Both the position numbers and the translations under genes were made by a program. Source: a virus. From it: 64,000 nucleotides of DNA. Below the pieces are notes generated by a model. That model worked only from the letters and a program-made list of their open reading frames with translations. It was not told the DNA's origin and searched no databases. Location of the stretch: the IMG/VR virus record IMGVR_UViG_3300017527_000643, positions 29,972 to 93,971 of that record. One strand, 5' to 3'. Below, in pieces: positions 39,291 to 48,460 of the stretch (the first letter of the stretch is position 1; each line of letters opens with the position of its first letter).

Positions 39291-39638
39291 ATGCCAGGAA
39301 AGCCAATTCAAGAAGAGGAATGGGAAACCCTTGACGATGAGGGTAACCTCATTGAGCCGTTCAAATATATAGAATTGGAATTTCTATTTACTAGCGATAT
39401 AGAAGGAACACATATCTCTGAGATGGTTGCGTCCATTGTAGAAGAGTTTGACACTCGAATTGCTGAAGCTGAGATAGTACTGGATAAAGATGACCCAGAA
39501 GAAATGAGAAGTCCAGGCGAAGGCGGCGTAGCACTGTACGATATCTACCCAAACAAGCCTGGGTTACTTGAAGCGTTTCAGGAACGCCTAAAAGGTTTTG
39601 ATGTAGAAATTACGATTTGGCCCACCAAAGGGATGTAA
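39291..39638 (+). CDS. Acidic hypothetical protein
   Basis: Starts 2 nt after the upstream stop; Glu/Asp-rich. Confidence 0.6.
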   Translation: MPGKPIQEEEWETLDDEGNLIEPFKYIELEFLFTSDIEGTHISEMVASIVEEFDTRIAEAEIVLDKDDPEEMRSPGEGGVALYDIYPNKPGLLEAFQERLKGFDVEITIWPTKGM

Positions 39639-39647
39639 AATATTCAC

Positions 39648-39676
39648 TTTACAGTTTAGCTTTTAGACCCTACAAT
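39648..39676 (+). promoter_or_regulatory. Early-type promoter TTTACA-17-TACAAT
   Basis: TTTACA gtttagcttttagaccc TACAAT; shares GACCC before the -10. Confidence 0.65.
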
Positions 39677-39695
39677 GTTCATAGCGAGGTGAGCT

Positions 39696-40064
39696 ATGGA
39701 GATTGAATATCTGACTATTTTCAATTTTGACTACCGGGAAATTGCCGGTGAATGTGGCGAAATTGACTGGAAACGTGTCGATTTCCGCAAGGATAAGGAG
39801 GTGTACAAGACTGACAACATTATGGTGTACATCGACTTTGATTTCCCTCCGCATAAACCCGGCGAAGACGTGAAAAAGCCACAGTATTCTGGGAAGTTTG
39901 TGGCGCGTCGGATCAAGCAGACTGTGCGCAATCACCCCGGAATCACAAAAGGCTTTGCTGCAATTTTGCTGGAAGAAACAGAAACAACGAAGGAAATGAA
40001 AAAAGAAGTCAAGAAGATCATCGCCAAATACAAAAAAGAAGGCGGGCTTATCCCCCTCCCCTAA
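39696..40064 (+). CDS. Hypothetical protein
   Basis: GAGGTG RBS. Confidence 0.6.
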   Translation: MEIEYLTIFNFDYREIAGECGEIDWKRVDFRKDKEVYKTDNIMVYIDFDFPPHKPGEDVKKPQYSGKFVARRIKQTVRNHPGITKGFAAILLEETETTKEMKKEVKKIIAKYKKEGGLIPLP

Positions 40065-40125
40065 TAGCTTTTCTTCCTTACAGAAATTGAATTTTAGTTA
40101 ATCCTTTGTGCTAAGCTGCTATTCT

Positions 40126-40416
40126 ATGAGAGCGCTGGCACAGGTTTCAGAAGAAGACTTTTGGAATCATGCGTATACGTTATATATTCCAAATAACGCT
40201 GCGCGTAAATGGGCCACACAGGTGCTGAAGAAATTGAATGTACAGAGACAATATATCAGTAGGCGGCACGGATATTACTTGACGGGAGATCCTGATTATA
40301 TTGCACGGTATCAGGGAATTATAAACAATGATCAGTACCGGGCATTAGCCCAGACTTATTTGCCTTACGCGCCGTATGGTGTTCAATTAGTTTGTCCTGG
40401 ATGCACTGGAATCTAA
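40126..40416 (+). CDS. Hypothetical protein (MRALA N-terminus), possibly leaderless
   Basis: ATG 8 nt after a TG-C-TAAGCT extended -10-like element; no SD. Confidence 0.55.
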   Translation: MRALAQVSEEDFWNHAYTLYIPNNAARKWATQVLKKLNVQRQYISRRHGYYLTGDPDYIARYQGIINNDQYRALAQTYLPYAPYGVQLVCPGCTGI

Positions 40417-40429
40417 AAGGAGCTAACCC

Positions 40430-40843
40430 ATGGCTGTTTCCCCGACATTAGTAGAATTAGTTGGAAGAATAACTTTAGATGGAAATGGTGCTACTGCACA
40501 AGTTAGTGTTGGATCAACAACGCCATTTAAACATCTATGTATCACAACAAAACCACAACAAGACCCAAGCTCGTATACCGTGACTGTGATCACAGATGGA
40601 ATTCAACTTACTCAAAACGTACATGCCGGTGCAAAAGTTATTGACGTGATAAACTATACAGACCGTATTTTTCCAGCAAATCAGGGTACTGACACTATCA
40701 CGGAATTAGCTGGAAAAGAATTTACTGGTCTTCCAATTGGCGTAGAAATTCAAAATGACCAAGCAGGGGTTGCTGTATTCGATGTATATGCCACTTTCGA
40801 ACAAGCCGATCATTGTAGATTCGGGGTAATGGAAGCAGAATAG
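40430..40843 (+). CDS. Putative virion structural protein
   Basis: AGGAG RBS; beta-rich Thr/Gly composition; first of the beta-rich genes in a structural-like cluster. Confidence 0.5.
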   Translation: MAVSPTLVELVGRITLDGNGATAQVSVGSTTPFKHLCITTKPQQDPSSYTVTVITDGIQLTQNVHAGAKVIDVINYTDRIFPANQGTDTITELAGKEFTGLPIGVEIQNDQAGVAVFDVYATFEQADHCRFGVMEAE

Positions 40844-40870
40844 CTTTTTTTATTTGATGTAGGAACCTCG

Positions 40871-42673
40871 ATGACTACACAGATATACAGAGTAAAGAAT
40901 ATTACTTCATATGTAGTTGCACTTCCTTTAGAGGATTCTGCGTCTATCTATATGCTGCCTGGTAGAATTGAAGATCTTATGGCTTGGGCTACTGCGACGT
41001 GGATTTTAAATGATGCAACACTTGCACGCTTTATCTCCGATGGATATTTGGCAGTAGTTTATAGTAATATTTCAGAAGAAATAACTGCTGCAGAAGTTAC
41101 TTACGATAATACTATTTCAGAAGTAATTCCAGATAATGTTCAAGATGCTTTGGATGATATTTATTCGGACTTGGGTGCTGTAGCTCCTGACAACGCAGAA
41201 TCATTAGCTGGTAAAGCTAGCACTCAAACAGGGACAACTTTGTATACTGGCAAACTTTCAGATGGAAATGTAAATTATAAAGTGGGAGATCCTGCTGGGT
41301 CTACAGTTGCTTATATTATCAATGATGCAACCTTTAGTGCTCTTAGCCCGGATAGGACTACTACGTTCAATTATGCAGATCGTGGCACGTTGCGCGTTTA
41401 TATAAACGGAGTCGAAGTAGATAGCTACGATTTGGCTACAGCATTCAATGATTCAGAAAGGGCGGGAAGTCAAAGCTATCCTCCCGATACTGGAGCCGGT
41501 GGAATTCTTAGGATTGATTCCATTGCTTGGTACAACGAATACCCTGACTGGCAAATTGGAAATGCAACTGCGCTGATCACTCCATCTGATCTGCGCCAGG
41601 GCTGGAACACAATTACGTTTGTGCATGTACTAACTGGATTAGCTAATCAAATTACTACACCATTCGATGTGTTCTACGATAATGACGCAGGTGCAGACCC
41701 AAGTATGACTACTCCTACTGTAGTTGAAAATGCTCCGTCAACTAAATATCTATCTGGAATTCTTTTCTATAATAGAACAAGTACGTTTAATCTCTCTTCG
41801 GTTGCTTCTGCTGCTTTCAATAATGTTTATCACCAGACGAGTCCAGTTACATATTCCTCAACAGGTGGCACGTTGGGTAGTGGAAACATAACTGAAACTG
41901 ATTCTAGCGTGAGCGGGGTGTCTAATCCTCCTTCTGTTGGCCAAACAATGACGATAACCAATAAGGCGCTCACTGTACCCAATAGCAATATACGAAGCTT
42001 GAATGCCCGCGTAACAGTTACTCCACGCGACCCCTACGGTTCTTACCTAGCACAGCAGAGCGCCAGCGAGAATAGGCTTGTGGACGCCTACACAACCACG
42101 TCAACAGTGTTGGCTGAGTACTTTGATGACGAGAACAGGCGCATGCCTTCAGGAGCCTACGATGTAGTTCCAGGAGCCATTACAGGCCAGTGGACGAGCG
42201 CGAGTGCGTTATCCAATGGCAACCCGCAGGTGTACAATGGAACGCTTATATACCCGCAAGGCGATTTTAGCTCTGGTTACCTACCTACTCAGGGTGGTGG
42301 AACAGATTACTCAGGCTTTAGCGGCGATCAAGTTTATTATCGAGCATTTTACGACACCGACCCCCACACCAACGGAACATTAGAAGTTCCAGGATCGGGA
42401 TTCACAGATATATCTGCGGTTGGAACTGGAAATTTGAATGTAGAAATCAAGCTTCCATCACAAACAGGATGGTTAGATTTGGGTACGAATTATAGTTTTG
42501 CTACATTTACTGGTGCAGATGGTGATGGCTGCAGGACTGGCAAATCTGGAGATCAGTATAGCTGGACTTCTGGCTCATTCAGCACAAATAATTCTGGCGA
42601 TATGATTATGGTGCGCGTGACCCTTCGCGTGAACACCGTAGTTATTACCCAGATCATAGAATCAGGTTGGTAG
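40871..42673 (+). CDS. Putative virion structural (head/tail appendage) protein
   Basis: TAAEVTYDNT...NVQDALDDI fibre-type motif; Thr/Ser/Gly-rich beta-sandwich composition. Confidence 0.6.
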   Translation: MTTQIYRVKNITSYVVALPLEDSASIYMLPGRIEDLMAWATATWILNDATLARFISDGYLAVVYSNISEEITAAEVTYDNTISEVIPDNVQDALDDIYSDLGAVAPDNAESLAGKASTQTGTTLYTGKLSDGNVNYKVGDPAGSTVAYIINDATFSALSPDRTTTFNYADRGTLRVYINGVEVDSYDLATAFNDSERAGSQSYPPDTGAGGILRIDSIAWYNEYPDWQIGNATALITPSDLRQGWNTITFVHVLTGLANQITTPFDVFYDNDAGADPSMTTPTVVENAPSTKYLSGILFYNRTSTFNLSSVASAAFNNVYHQTSPVTYSSTGGTLGSGNITETDSSVSGVSNPPSVGQTMTITNKALTVPNSNIRSLNARVTVTPRDPYGSYLAQQSASENRLVDAYTTTSTVLAEYFDDENRRMPSGAYDVVPGAITGQWTSASALSNGNPQVYNGTLIYPQGDFSSGYLPTQGGGTDYSGFSGDQVYYRAFYDTDPHTNGTLEVPGSGFTDISAVGTGNLNVEIKLPSQTGWLDLGTNYSFATFTGADGDGCRTGKSGDQYSWTSGSFSTNNSGDMIMVRVTLRVNTVVITQIIESGW

Positions 42674-42674
42674 A

Positions 42675-44531
42675 ATGGCGTTAGACGACACTACAAAAAC
42701 TGATTGGATCTTCAAGAAGCTTATTCAGTTTGGTCGAACGACCAACGATAAAGCGTACTATGAAGAATCCGAATCCAATAAAGTTTTTGTGCATCAGTCA
42801 CAAATCCTTGCGGACACAATACCAACTACACCACCGGCAACCTCTACCTCCGTTATAGCAGCGTACACTCCTTCCGGGGACGGTCGATTACTTCTTACCA
42901 AAGATGCTTCTGTTGCAGGAAGCAAAGCATGGAAGAGCAATCTTACAAATTGGATTCCGCATACATATAACGCAGGTTATTTCCCACGTATCTATGAATC
43001 AGATAATACTACTGAGATTCCTACAACGGATTCCAGTGACTGGTATTTCGATTACGAAACAGGAATCCTAACATTTGAAAACACGCCCCCAGATACAACT
43101 GGCATTTACCTGGAAGGTTATCAGTATATTGGTGCTGTAGGGATTGAGACTCCTGGCAGTGGGATAGTAACGCAGACAACTGAGGATGTTACTTATTATG
43201 TCCGTATAGGTGGGGATGATAGTAATGACGGTCTTACGGTTGGAAATGCGCTTGCTACGATCCAAGCAGCAGTAACTAAAGTTCCAGTGTTTATAAGCCA
43301 CGCAGTAATTATTGATGTTGGAGCAGGGAGTTTTGCTGGTGCAGATATTTCTGGTTTTACGGTTAGAAACCAGGGGACGTTTTTGCTAAGTGGTAATTTA
43401 GACACTCCAACAATTTCTGGAGCTACCAGTGGGACAGCCGACAGTGGATCAACTACACAGTTAATCGATGCTGTTGGCGGCTGGACTGTAAATGAGTTGA
43501 TCGGGATGTTGGTTCTGATTAACGGTGAGTACAGGGTAGTACGTGACAACACAGCTACTGTAATAAACTTTATTGGACCCTACAGCGGTGCGATAGGTAC
43601 GCAAGCGTATTCTATTGTAGAGCAGAAGACCATCATCAATAGTGATGGACCATTTGGCTACCCGCTGTCGGTTCGTAATTGTAACGCTTCTCCATATGTG
43701 TACTATACTTCCATATTTGGTATCGAAGACCTAAAGATGACTGGTAATGCTGTTGCTAATTTTTTACTTCAAAATAGCTCGGGTATTACAATCAGTAGGC
43801 TGCACTCCTACGGCGCTGCCCAAGTTGGATGTTATGTTCGTAGTGGGAGCGCCCTGAATGGGTTTGATAATTTTGCTACTGATGCTACCTACGCGGGATT
43901 CTATTTCCAAGGCGCTGCAGGGATTTATAGACTGTACCGAACGTTTGGTTATGATAATGCGGGTCGCGGGTTTAATTTTGCATATACGACTGTGATGGGT
44001 GCGATCTACTTTATGTACGCAGATGACAACACAGATAATGGCATAGAATCATGGGGAAGCCCCCTTTGGACTGACATAGGTTCAGTACAGGCACGAAACA
44101 ACGGGAAGAGTGGTCTTCATCTGAAGCTGTGTCGCGGGGGTACTGTAGACATAGATACCGGCGCAGTTTTTGAGGACAATGGGAGATATGGTATTGAAGC
44201 GGGGGAATGGGGATACAGTAATGGGGTTGTAGGTGCATCTATTGGCGCAAGGGGAGCCATTACTATCCAGAACAACACGCTAGGTGGGATTCACATATCG
44301 CGTTTGTCGAACATTACATTGACTGCAGCGACTGGTGCTGGAAACGGGGGCTATGGACTCGTATTAGAAGATGGATCAACAGCAATAATTACTGGCGCTA
44401 CTGCGGTTACTGGTGCAGGTGGGGATGCAAGAATAGGTACAAGCGTGTTAGTTTGGGCAACTGATTTTGCATCGGATGGTGATATTGCAAATAACATTAC
44501 AAATGGTTGTCGGATGGAGAGGAAAGACTAG
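42675..44531 (+). CDS. Virion protein with C-terminal right-handed beta-helix
   Basis: WYFDYETGILTF N-domain; YYVRIGGDDSNDGLT...ATIQAAV; NNG-x-G repeats. Confidence 0.65.
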   Translation: MALDDTTKTDWIFKKLIQFGRTTNDKAYYEESESNKVFVHQSQILADTIPTTPPATSTSVIAAYTPSGDGRLLLTKDASVAGSKAWKSNLTNWIPHTYNAGYFPRIYESDNTTEIPTTDSSDWYFDYETGILTFENTPPDTTGIYLEGYQYIGAVGIETPGSGIVTQTTEDVTYYVRIGGDDSNDGLTVGNALATIQAAVTKVPVFISHAVIIDVGAGSFAGADISGFTVRNQGTFLLSGNLDTPTISGATSGTADSGSTTQLIDAVGGWTVNELIGMLVLINGEYRVVRDNTATVINFIGPYSGAIGTQAYSIVEQKTIINSDGPFGYPLSVRNCNASPYVYYTSIFGIEDLKMTGNAVANFLLQNSSGITISRLHSYGAAQVGCYVRSGSALNGFDNFATDATYAGFYFQGAAGIYRLYRTFGYDNAGRGFNFAYTTVMGAIYFMYADDNTDNGIESWGSPLWTDIGSVQARNNGKSGLHLKLCRGGTVDIDTGAVFEDNGRYGIEAGEWGYSNGVVGASIGARGAITIQNNTLGGIHISRLSNITLTAATGAGNGGYGLVLEDGSTAIITGATAVTGAGGDARIGTSVLVWATDFASDGDIANNITNGCRMERKD

Positions 44532-44533
44532 GA

Positions 44534-44737
44534 ATGGCCAGCAAAGATATAGTACAGGGAGATCTTTTTGTAGGTGGCGATTTGACCATAAAAGTGTACT
44601 CTCAAGATGCAGAACCTACGCTTGACACAAACAATAAGATGGCTATATGGATTGATACCAACGATTCAGATCGGGTCTATTTATTGTTTATGCGCGGATC
44701 AGGTGTTCCTGCGCAGGTAAAGATAGAACTAACTTAG
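44534..44737 (+). CDS. Small putative structural protein
   Basis: SQDAEPTL...AIWIDTND motif typical of fibre linkers. Confidence 0.5.
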   Translation: MASKDIVQGDLFVGGDLTIKVYSQDAEPTLDTNNKMAIWIDTNDSDRVYLLFMRGSGVPAQVKIELT

Positions 44738-44754
44738 AGGATAAGGAGATAATC

Positions 44755-45033
44755 ATGAAACGCTTTACGATGGTAATCATAGGTTGTATGGCTTTTATTT
44801 TTGCGTGCTGTCCTGAACCGCAAAAGGTAAAGGACGAAAAGAAAGCCGAAGAACCTAAAGCTGACGAGAAAAAAGCTGATCCAACGATTACGACTGGTGA
44901 TGTAAAAGTAGATACAAAAGTCGAAAAGAAAGAAGAAAAGAAAGAGGAAAAAGCAGTAAAGAAGGAAGAGAAAAAAGAGGAAAAGAAGGAAGCAAAAAAG
45001 GAAGAGAAGAAGGAAGAAAAGAAAAAAGAATAA
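44755..45033 (+). CDS. Lipoprotein with Lys/Glu low-complexity tail
   Basis: MKRFTMVIIGCMAFIFACC signal peptide; KKEE repeats. Confidence 0.65.
   Translation: MKRFTMVIIGCMAFIFACCPEPQKVKDEKKAEEPKADEKKADPTITTGDVKVDTKVEKKEEKKEEKAVKKEEKKEEKKEAKKEEKKEEKKKE
44922..45030 (+). repeat. Coding KKEE (12-nt period) low-complexity repeat
   Basis: AAGAAAGAAGAA-like units. Confidence 0.8.
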
Positions 45034-45034
45034 C

Positions 45035-45062
45035 TTGACAGAACCAAATTAGTTCCTATAAT
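45035..45062 (+). promoter_or_regulatory. Promoter TTGACA-16-TATAAT, leaderless arrangement
   Basis: GTG start at 45069 with only 6 nt between it and TATAAT. Confidence 0.75.
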
Positions 45063-45068
45063 ACGTGC

Positions 45069-45419
45069 GTGAATATCCTTATTTTAGAAGATGACCACGC
45101 ACGTCAACGAATCTTCAGGCGCAACCTGATTGGCACGAATACCGTCATTGTAGAGACGGCTACAGCAGCCATTCAGAAGCTTTCTGAGCGTGTCTGGGAC
45201 TACCTCTTCTTGGATCATGACCTGGGAGGGGCACAGATGGTTGCCTCCGGTCCTGGGACAGGCTATGAGGTTGCGGAGTGGCTTGCTGCACATCCAGAGA
45301 GCCAACCTCCCAACATTATAATTCACAGCTTCAACCCGGCTGGCTCTTCCAGCATGAAGAAAGTACTTCCCGATGCTGTCGTTGCTCCGGGTTGTTGGGA
45401 CAGTATTTCTCTTTCCTAG
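45069..45419 (+). CDS. Cyclic-phosphate-processing-type receiver domain protein
   Basis: ILILEDD, LFLDHDLG, GTGYEVAEWL, IIIHSFNPAG signature. Confidence 0.8.
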   Translation: MNILILEDDHARQRIFRRNLIGTNTVIVETATAAIQKLSERVWDYLFLDHDLGGAQMVASGPGTGYEVAEWLAAHPESQPPNIIIHSFNPAGSSSMKKVLPDAVVAPGCWDSISLS

Positions 45420-45442
45420 TATAATGAGTAAAAGGGGTTTTT

Positions 45443-45757
45443 ATGGGCAAATCTGTGCCTAAAAACAATCCGACTCCGCAAATGGTGGATTATATGCTTA
45501 GTGAATTGCTTAAGCCGCTACCATTTTGGAAGCGTCTTGGGAAAGATGCTCGTGCACGCGCAGTTTATGTTCAAGAGATTTCCAAAGCCTATGAAATTGA
45601 GCATAGCTATGGAAGGAAAATGTTGCAACTGTGTAAGGGTTTGCAAGAATTGAACGAAGGAATCGGTGAAGATTTAAAGAGTTTGAAGAATAAAGTGAAT
45701 GATTTGGTAATGCAGGCCCTTGCAGAAGATAGTAACATAGATGAAACTTTACATTAG
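45443..45757 (+). CDS. Hypothetical protein
   Basis: TATAAT and AGGGG upstream. Confidence 0.55.
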   Translation: MGKSVPKNNPTPQMVDYMLSELLKPLPFWKRLGKDARARAVYVQEISKAYEIEHSYGRKMLQLCKGLQELNEGIGEDLKSLKNKVNDLVMQALAEDSNIDETLH

Positions 45758-45765
45758 GAGCTACC

Positions 45766-45936
45766 ATGACCTATGAAAATAAAGCAGAAAAAGCTGCACA
45801 ACATCTTGAATTGGATAAAGAAGAAACTGCAGAATTGTTAGGAAAAGCTTACTTAGCAGATGCGATCACTAAGGGCCTAAAGCGATTAGCTAAGGTGATT
45901 GATAATATTAGCATTGAAGTACAAGAAGAAGAATGA
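45766..45936 (+). CDS. Small acidic protein (56 aa) with LKRLAKVI motif, not in the ORF track
   Basis: AGGAG RBS; MTYENKAEK...GLKRLAKVIDNISIEVQEEE. Confidence 0.6.
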   Translation: MTYENKAEKAAQHLELDKEETAELLGKAYLADAITKGLKRLAKVIDNISIEVQEEE

Positions 45937-45993
45937 CGATTCTTTAACACTTTTCTTGTTTACCCTTTATACTACGCTGAACTGGAGGCAAGC

Positions 45994-46323
45994 ATGGGCT
46001 GGCCATGGAAACCTGATTTTACTGGAGAGCAATTTTGTATTCGATGCCAGCGCGGGTGTGGCCAAATGCATTGGCTAACCCTCCAACTTCAAAATAACTT
46101 TAGCAGTGATACGACGGACGCCGCATTGGCTAATGGGTGCGTTGTAACTACCATGCAGGGACCATTTTGTCCTGAGTGTTACCAGGAAGTGGTAAAGCAG
46201 CCCGATGTAAACTGCAAAGAATGTGGTAAACCCAAGAATCAAATCGATTACGTTTGGAAATTTGATGGCGCTGAATGGGATTTTAGTTACCCATACTACT
46301 GCGTAAAGGGAAGTTCGCCATGA
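45994..46323 (+). CDS. Cys-rich zinc-binding hypothetical protein
   Basis: CIRC, CPEC, CKEC; GGAGG RBS. Confidence 0.6.
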   Translation: MGWPWKPDFTGEQFCIRCQRGCGQMHWLTLQLQNNFSSDTTDAALANGCVVTTMQGPFCPECYQEVVKQPDVNCKECGKPKNQIDYVWKFDGAEWDFSYPYYCVKGSSP

Positions 46324-46339
46324 TCTAGGGAGTAGGTTG

Positions 46340-46708
46340 ATGTCTAAGCACCGCCTTGGAAAGAGTCTTTCGATTGACCTTTATGGCTGCAAGGGTAGTG
46401 GCTTAGACAATAAGGAATTCGTTGAAGACTTGCTTCAACACGCAGCTAAAGAAGCTAAGGCGACCGTTCTTAATATTTATGTTCATCAATTTTCCCCGCA
46501 GGGCATTACCGGAGTGATTGCGATTTCTGAAAGCCACATGGCTGTTCACACTTGGCCTGAGTACGACTTTGTTAGCGTAGATATCTATACATGCGGCGAT
46601 ATAGCTATGCCTGATAAAGCTAAAGATTATGTGATCAAAAAATTGCAACCGCAACGCCACGAGATAAAAGAACAAACTCGCGGCAATGCAATTTTTCTTG
46701 ACAAGTAG
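46340..46708 (+). CDS. speD: S-adenosylmethionine decarboxylase proenzyme
   Basis: DLYGC, HQFSPQGITG, ISESH (self-cleavage E-S), HTWPE, DIYTCG. Confidence 0.95.
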   Translation: MSKHRLGKSLSIDLYGCKGSGLDNKEFVEDLLQHAAKEAKATVLNIYVHQFSPQGITGVIAISESHMAVHTWPEYDFVSVDIYTCGDIAMPDKAKDYVIKKLQPQRHEIKEQTRGNAIFLDK

Positions 46709-46744
46709 TTCTTGGCTAGTGTACCCCTTGGTATAATGGATACA

Positions 46745-46833
46745 TGGCATAAGCGTGCCACCCCAGACAAGCAAAATAGCTTGTCTTAAATTGTGGGCCA
46801 AGGCTCACAGAAAGGACGTGTCCCATGGGACGC
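46745..46833 (+). promoter_or_regulatory. Structured 5' leader with four tandem inverted repeats
   Basis: TGGCA/TGCCA, AGACAAGC/GCTTGTCT, TGTGGGCC/GGCTCACA, GTGTCCCA/TGGGACGC after TATAAT at 46732. Confidence 0.55.
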
Positions 46834-47328
46834 AACTCTATTAGAATGCTTTCCCCCGCAGAAGAAGAATCCAGAAGAAATGAAATGCGTAAGAATCTGC
46901 GCCCGAAAATAATTCGAAAATGGGCGCAGGATCACGGTTCTAGCCGCCTTCGTGAGCAAATTGAACAAGGGTATGAGGGCTGGCCTTTGTACCTACATGA
47001 GCGACTGGCACAAGACTTCCCAGGCGCTAAGTTGGATAAGCACGCGTGGGATTACGACATGGTTCTGAACCCCACGGAAGAAGAATTGAAATTGACAAGG
47101 GATTTTGCTGAAAGGATTTACGATTTAGAATTAGTAGATGAATTTGAGCAGGCGTTTTCTAAAATGAAACTGAGAGCGTATGATGTGGACGAAGAGTACC
47201 CGGCAGTGGGAGGCTCAGAAATAATTACTCGTGAAGTTCATTGTATTGTATTCAAAGAATATAGGCCGGGGGGATCTTCCAATGCGTTCTCCAGTAAAAC
47301 AATTCGAATCGATCTGCCAAGATCGTGA
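46825..47328 (+). CDS. Hypothetical protein
   Basis: AAGGA RBS; WAQDHGSSRLR motif. Confidence 0.6.
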   Translation: MGRNSIRMLSPAEEESRRNEMRKNLRPKIIRKWAQDHGSSRLREQIEQGYEGWPLYLHERLAQDFPGAKLDKHAWDYDMVLNPTEEELKLTRDFAERIYDLELVDEFEQAFSKMKLRAYDVDEEYPAVGGSEIITREVHCIVFKEYRPGGSSNAFSSKTIRIDLPRS

Positions 47329-47542
47329 TGAATTGAAATGGGACGGCCTATGCTGTCCTGTTTCTGCTATTGCGGATAAATATAATTCGCTGCTTGTAGC
47401 ACTGCAGCCTTTTATCGAGGCAGCTAAACAAATCCCAGAAGGAACTTCACCTGATGATACAGCTTATTCTGTATTTCCGCCATTGGGGTTATTCGTAGGA
47501 GATTTTTATAGTTTACTAAGCACTGTTGGAAGGGGTGACTAG
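47282..47542 (+). CDS. Hypothetical protein
   Basis: Fills the gap; start uncertain. Confidence 0.4.
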   Translation: MRSPVKQFESICQDRDELKWDGLCCPVSAIADKYNSLLVALQPFIEAAKQIPEGTSPDDTAYSVFPPLGLFVGDFYSLLSTVGRGD

Positions 47543-47543
47543 C

Positions 47544-47786
47544 ATGGATTACAATGAATTAATGGATAGTATCGCAAAGGCTGAAGCTGAATTGTCTAAA
47601 TTTTCAAATGAATTATTAGAGAAAAGATTGCATAATGATGAAGTATCTGAATCGATTACGACAAACGTAATGATAGCACACAGTTCTTTATATGTTAGCA
47701 GGATTGCGTTTGAGCGTGCGTGCAAAAAGCTAAATGCGATGGAAAAACAAGTAGAAACGCCGCCAGAAGCTACCGACGAAAATTAA
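47544..47786 (+). CDS. Hypothetical helical protein
   Basis: GGGGTG RBS. Confidence 0.55.
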   Translation: MDYNELMDSIAKAEAELSKFSNELLEKRLHNDEVSESITTNVMIAHSSLYVSRIAFERACKKLNAMEKQVETPPEATDEN

Positions 47787-47809
47787 AGAATACATAGTGT
47801 TTGTGGTAT

Positions 47810-47844
47810 AGTGCACGATGTAAGTTGTCGTGCACTTTACTTTT
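47810..47844 (+). promoter_or_regulatory. Inverted repeat AGTGCACGA/TCGTGCACT overlapping a TG-G-TATAGT -10 (operator or terminator)
   Basis: Perfect 9-bp arms followed by TTACTTTT. Confidence 0.5.
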
Positions 47845-47856
47845 AAGGAGCTACCA

Positions 47857-48054
47857 ATGGGCACTGTAGCTAACATACTAGACGAAATAAAAAAGCAATC
47901 TGAAATGGCATTGCAGCAGATCGGACAAATGTCTTATGGCGTGCCTAGCCATGATTTGTGGGAATTGATAGGTTCGCTAAAATCTACTATTGATACAACC
48001 ATGTTCCTTGTAGATGACGCAAGGAACGAGCTAAATACTGAGAACGTGGAGTAA
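47857..48054 (+). CDS. Hypothetical protein
   Basis: AAGGAG RBS. Confidence 0.55.
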   Translation: MGTVANILDEIKKQSEMALQQIGQMSYGVPSHDLWELIGSLKSTIDTTMFLVDDARNELNTENVE

Positions 48055-48065
48055 TAGGAATTCCA

Positions 48066-48359
48066 ATGAATGCAAATCAATTTAATATCGTAAGAGATTT
48101 TATTCAGGAAGTTCTGGGGGCTACACACCCGGAAGACTTTATGTTTGACCCCGCGTACCGGTCCCATCCTAAGCAGGACTTCCCGGATATAGCGTATACA
48201 ATTGCCGCACGGGTTGTAAGTAATTTTGATTTTATAGAATGGGATGATATTGAAAAAGAAGACCATTGGATCTGGAAGTTAATCCTTTCAGAGTTAGAGA
48301 AAATAGCAGCCGAAGAGGGCGAATGGGATAACGAATCCTGGACTGAATCTCCGTTATGA
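48066..48359 (+). CDS. Acidic hypothetical protein
   Basis: AGGA RBS. Confidence 0.55.
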   Translation: MNANQFNIVRDFIQEVLGATHPEDFMFDPAYRSHPKQDFPDIAYTIAARVVSNFDFIEWDDIEKEDHWIWKLILSELEKIAAEEGEWDNESWTESPL

Positions 48360-48460
48360 ACAACCCAGAAGACATTCCCTCCGCATATTTTTGGCCACTA
48401 ATGTTTATTATTGGTACGATCATCTGTTCAATATTTGTAGCTGCAGGTAGGCACAAATGA
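48356..48460 (+). CDS. Small membrane peptide (34 aa), not in the ORF track
   Basis: ATGA overlaps at both ends; FWPLMFIIGTIICSIFVAA. Confidence 0.45.
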   Translation: MNNPEDIPSAYFWPLMFIIGTIICSIFVAAGRHK

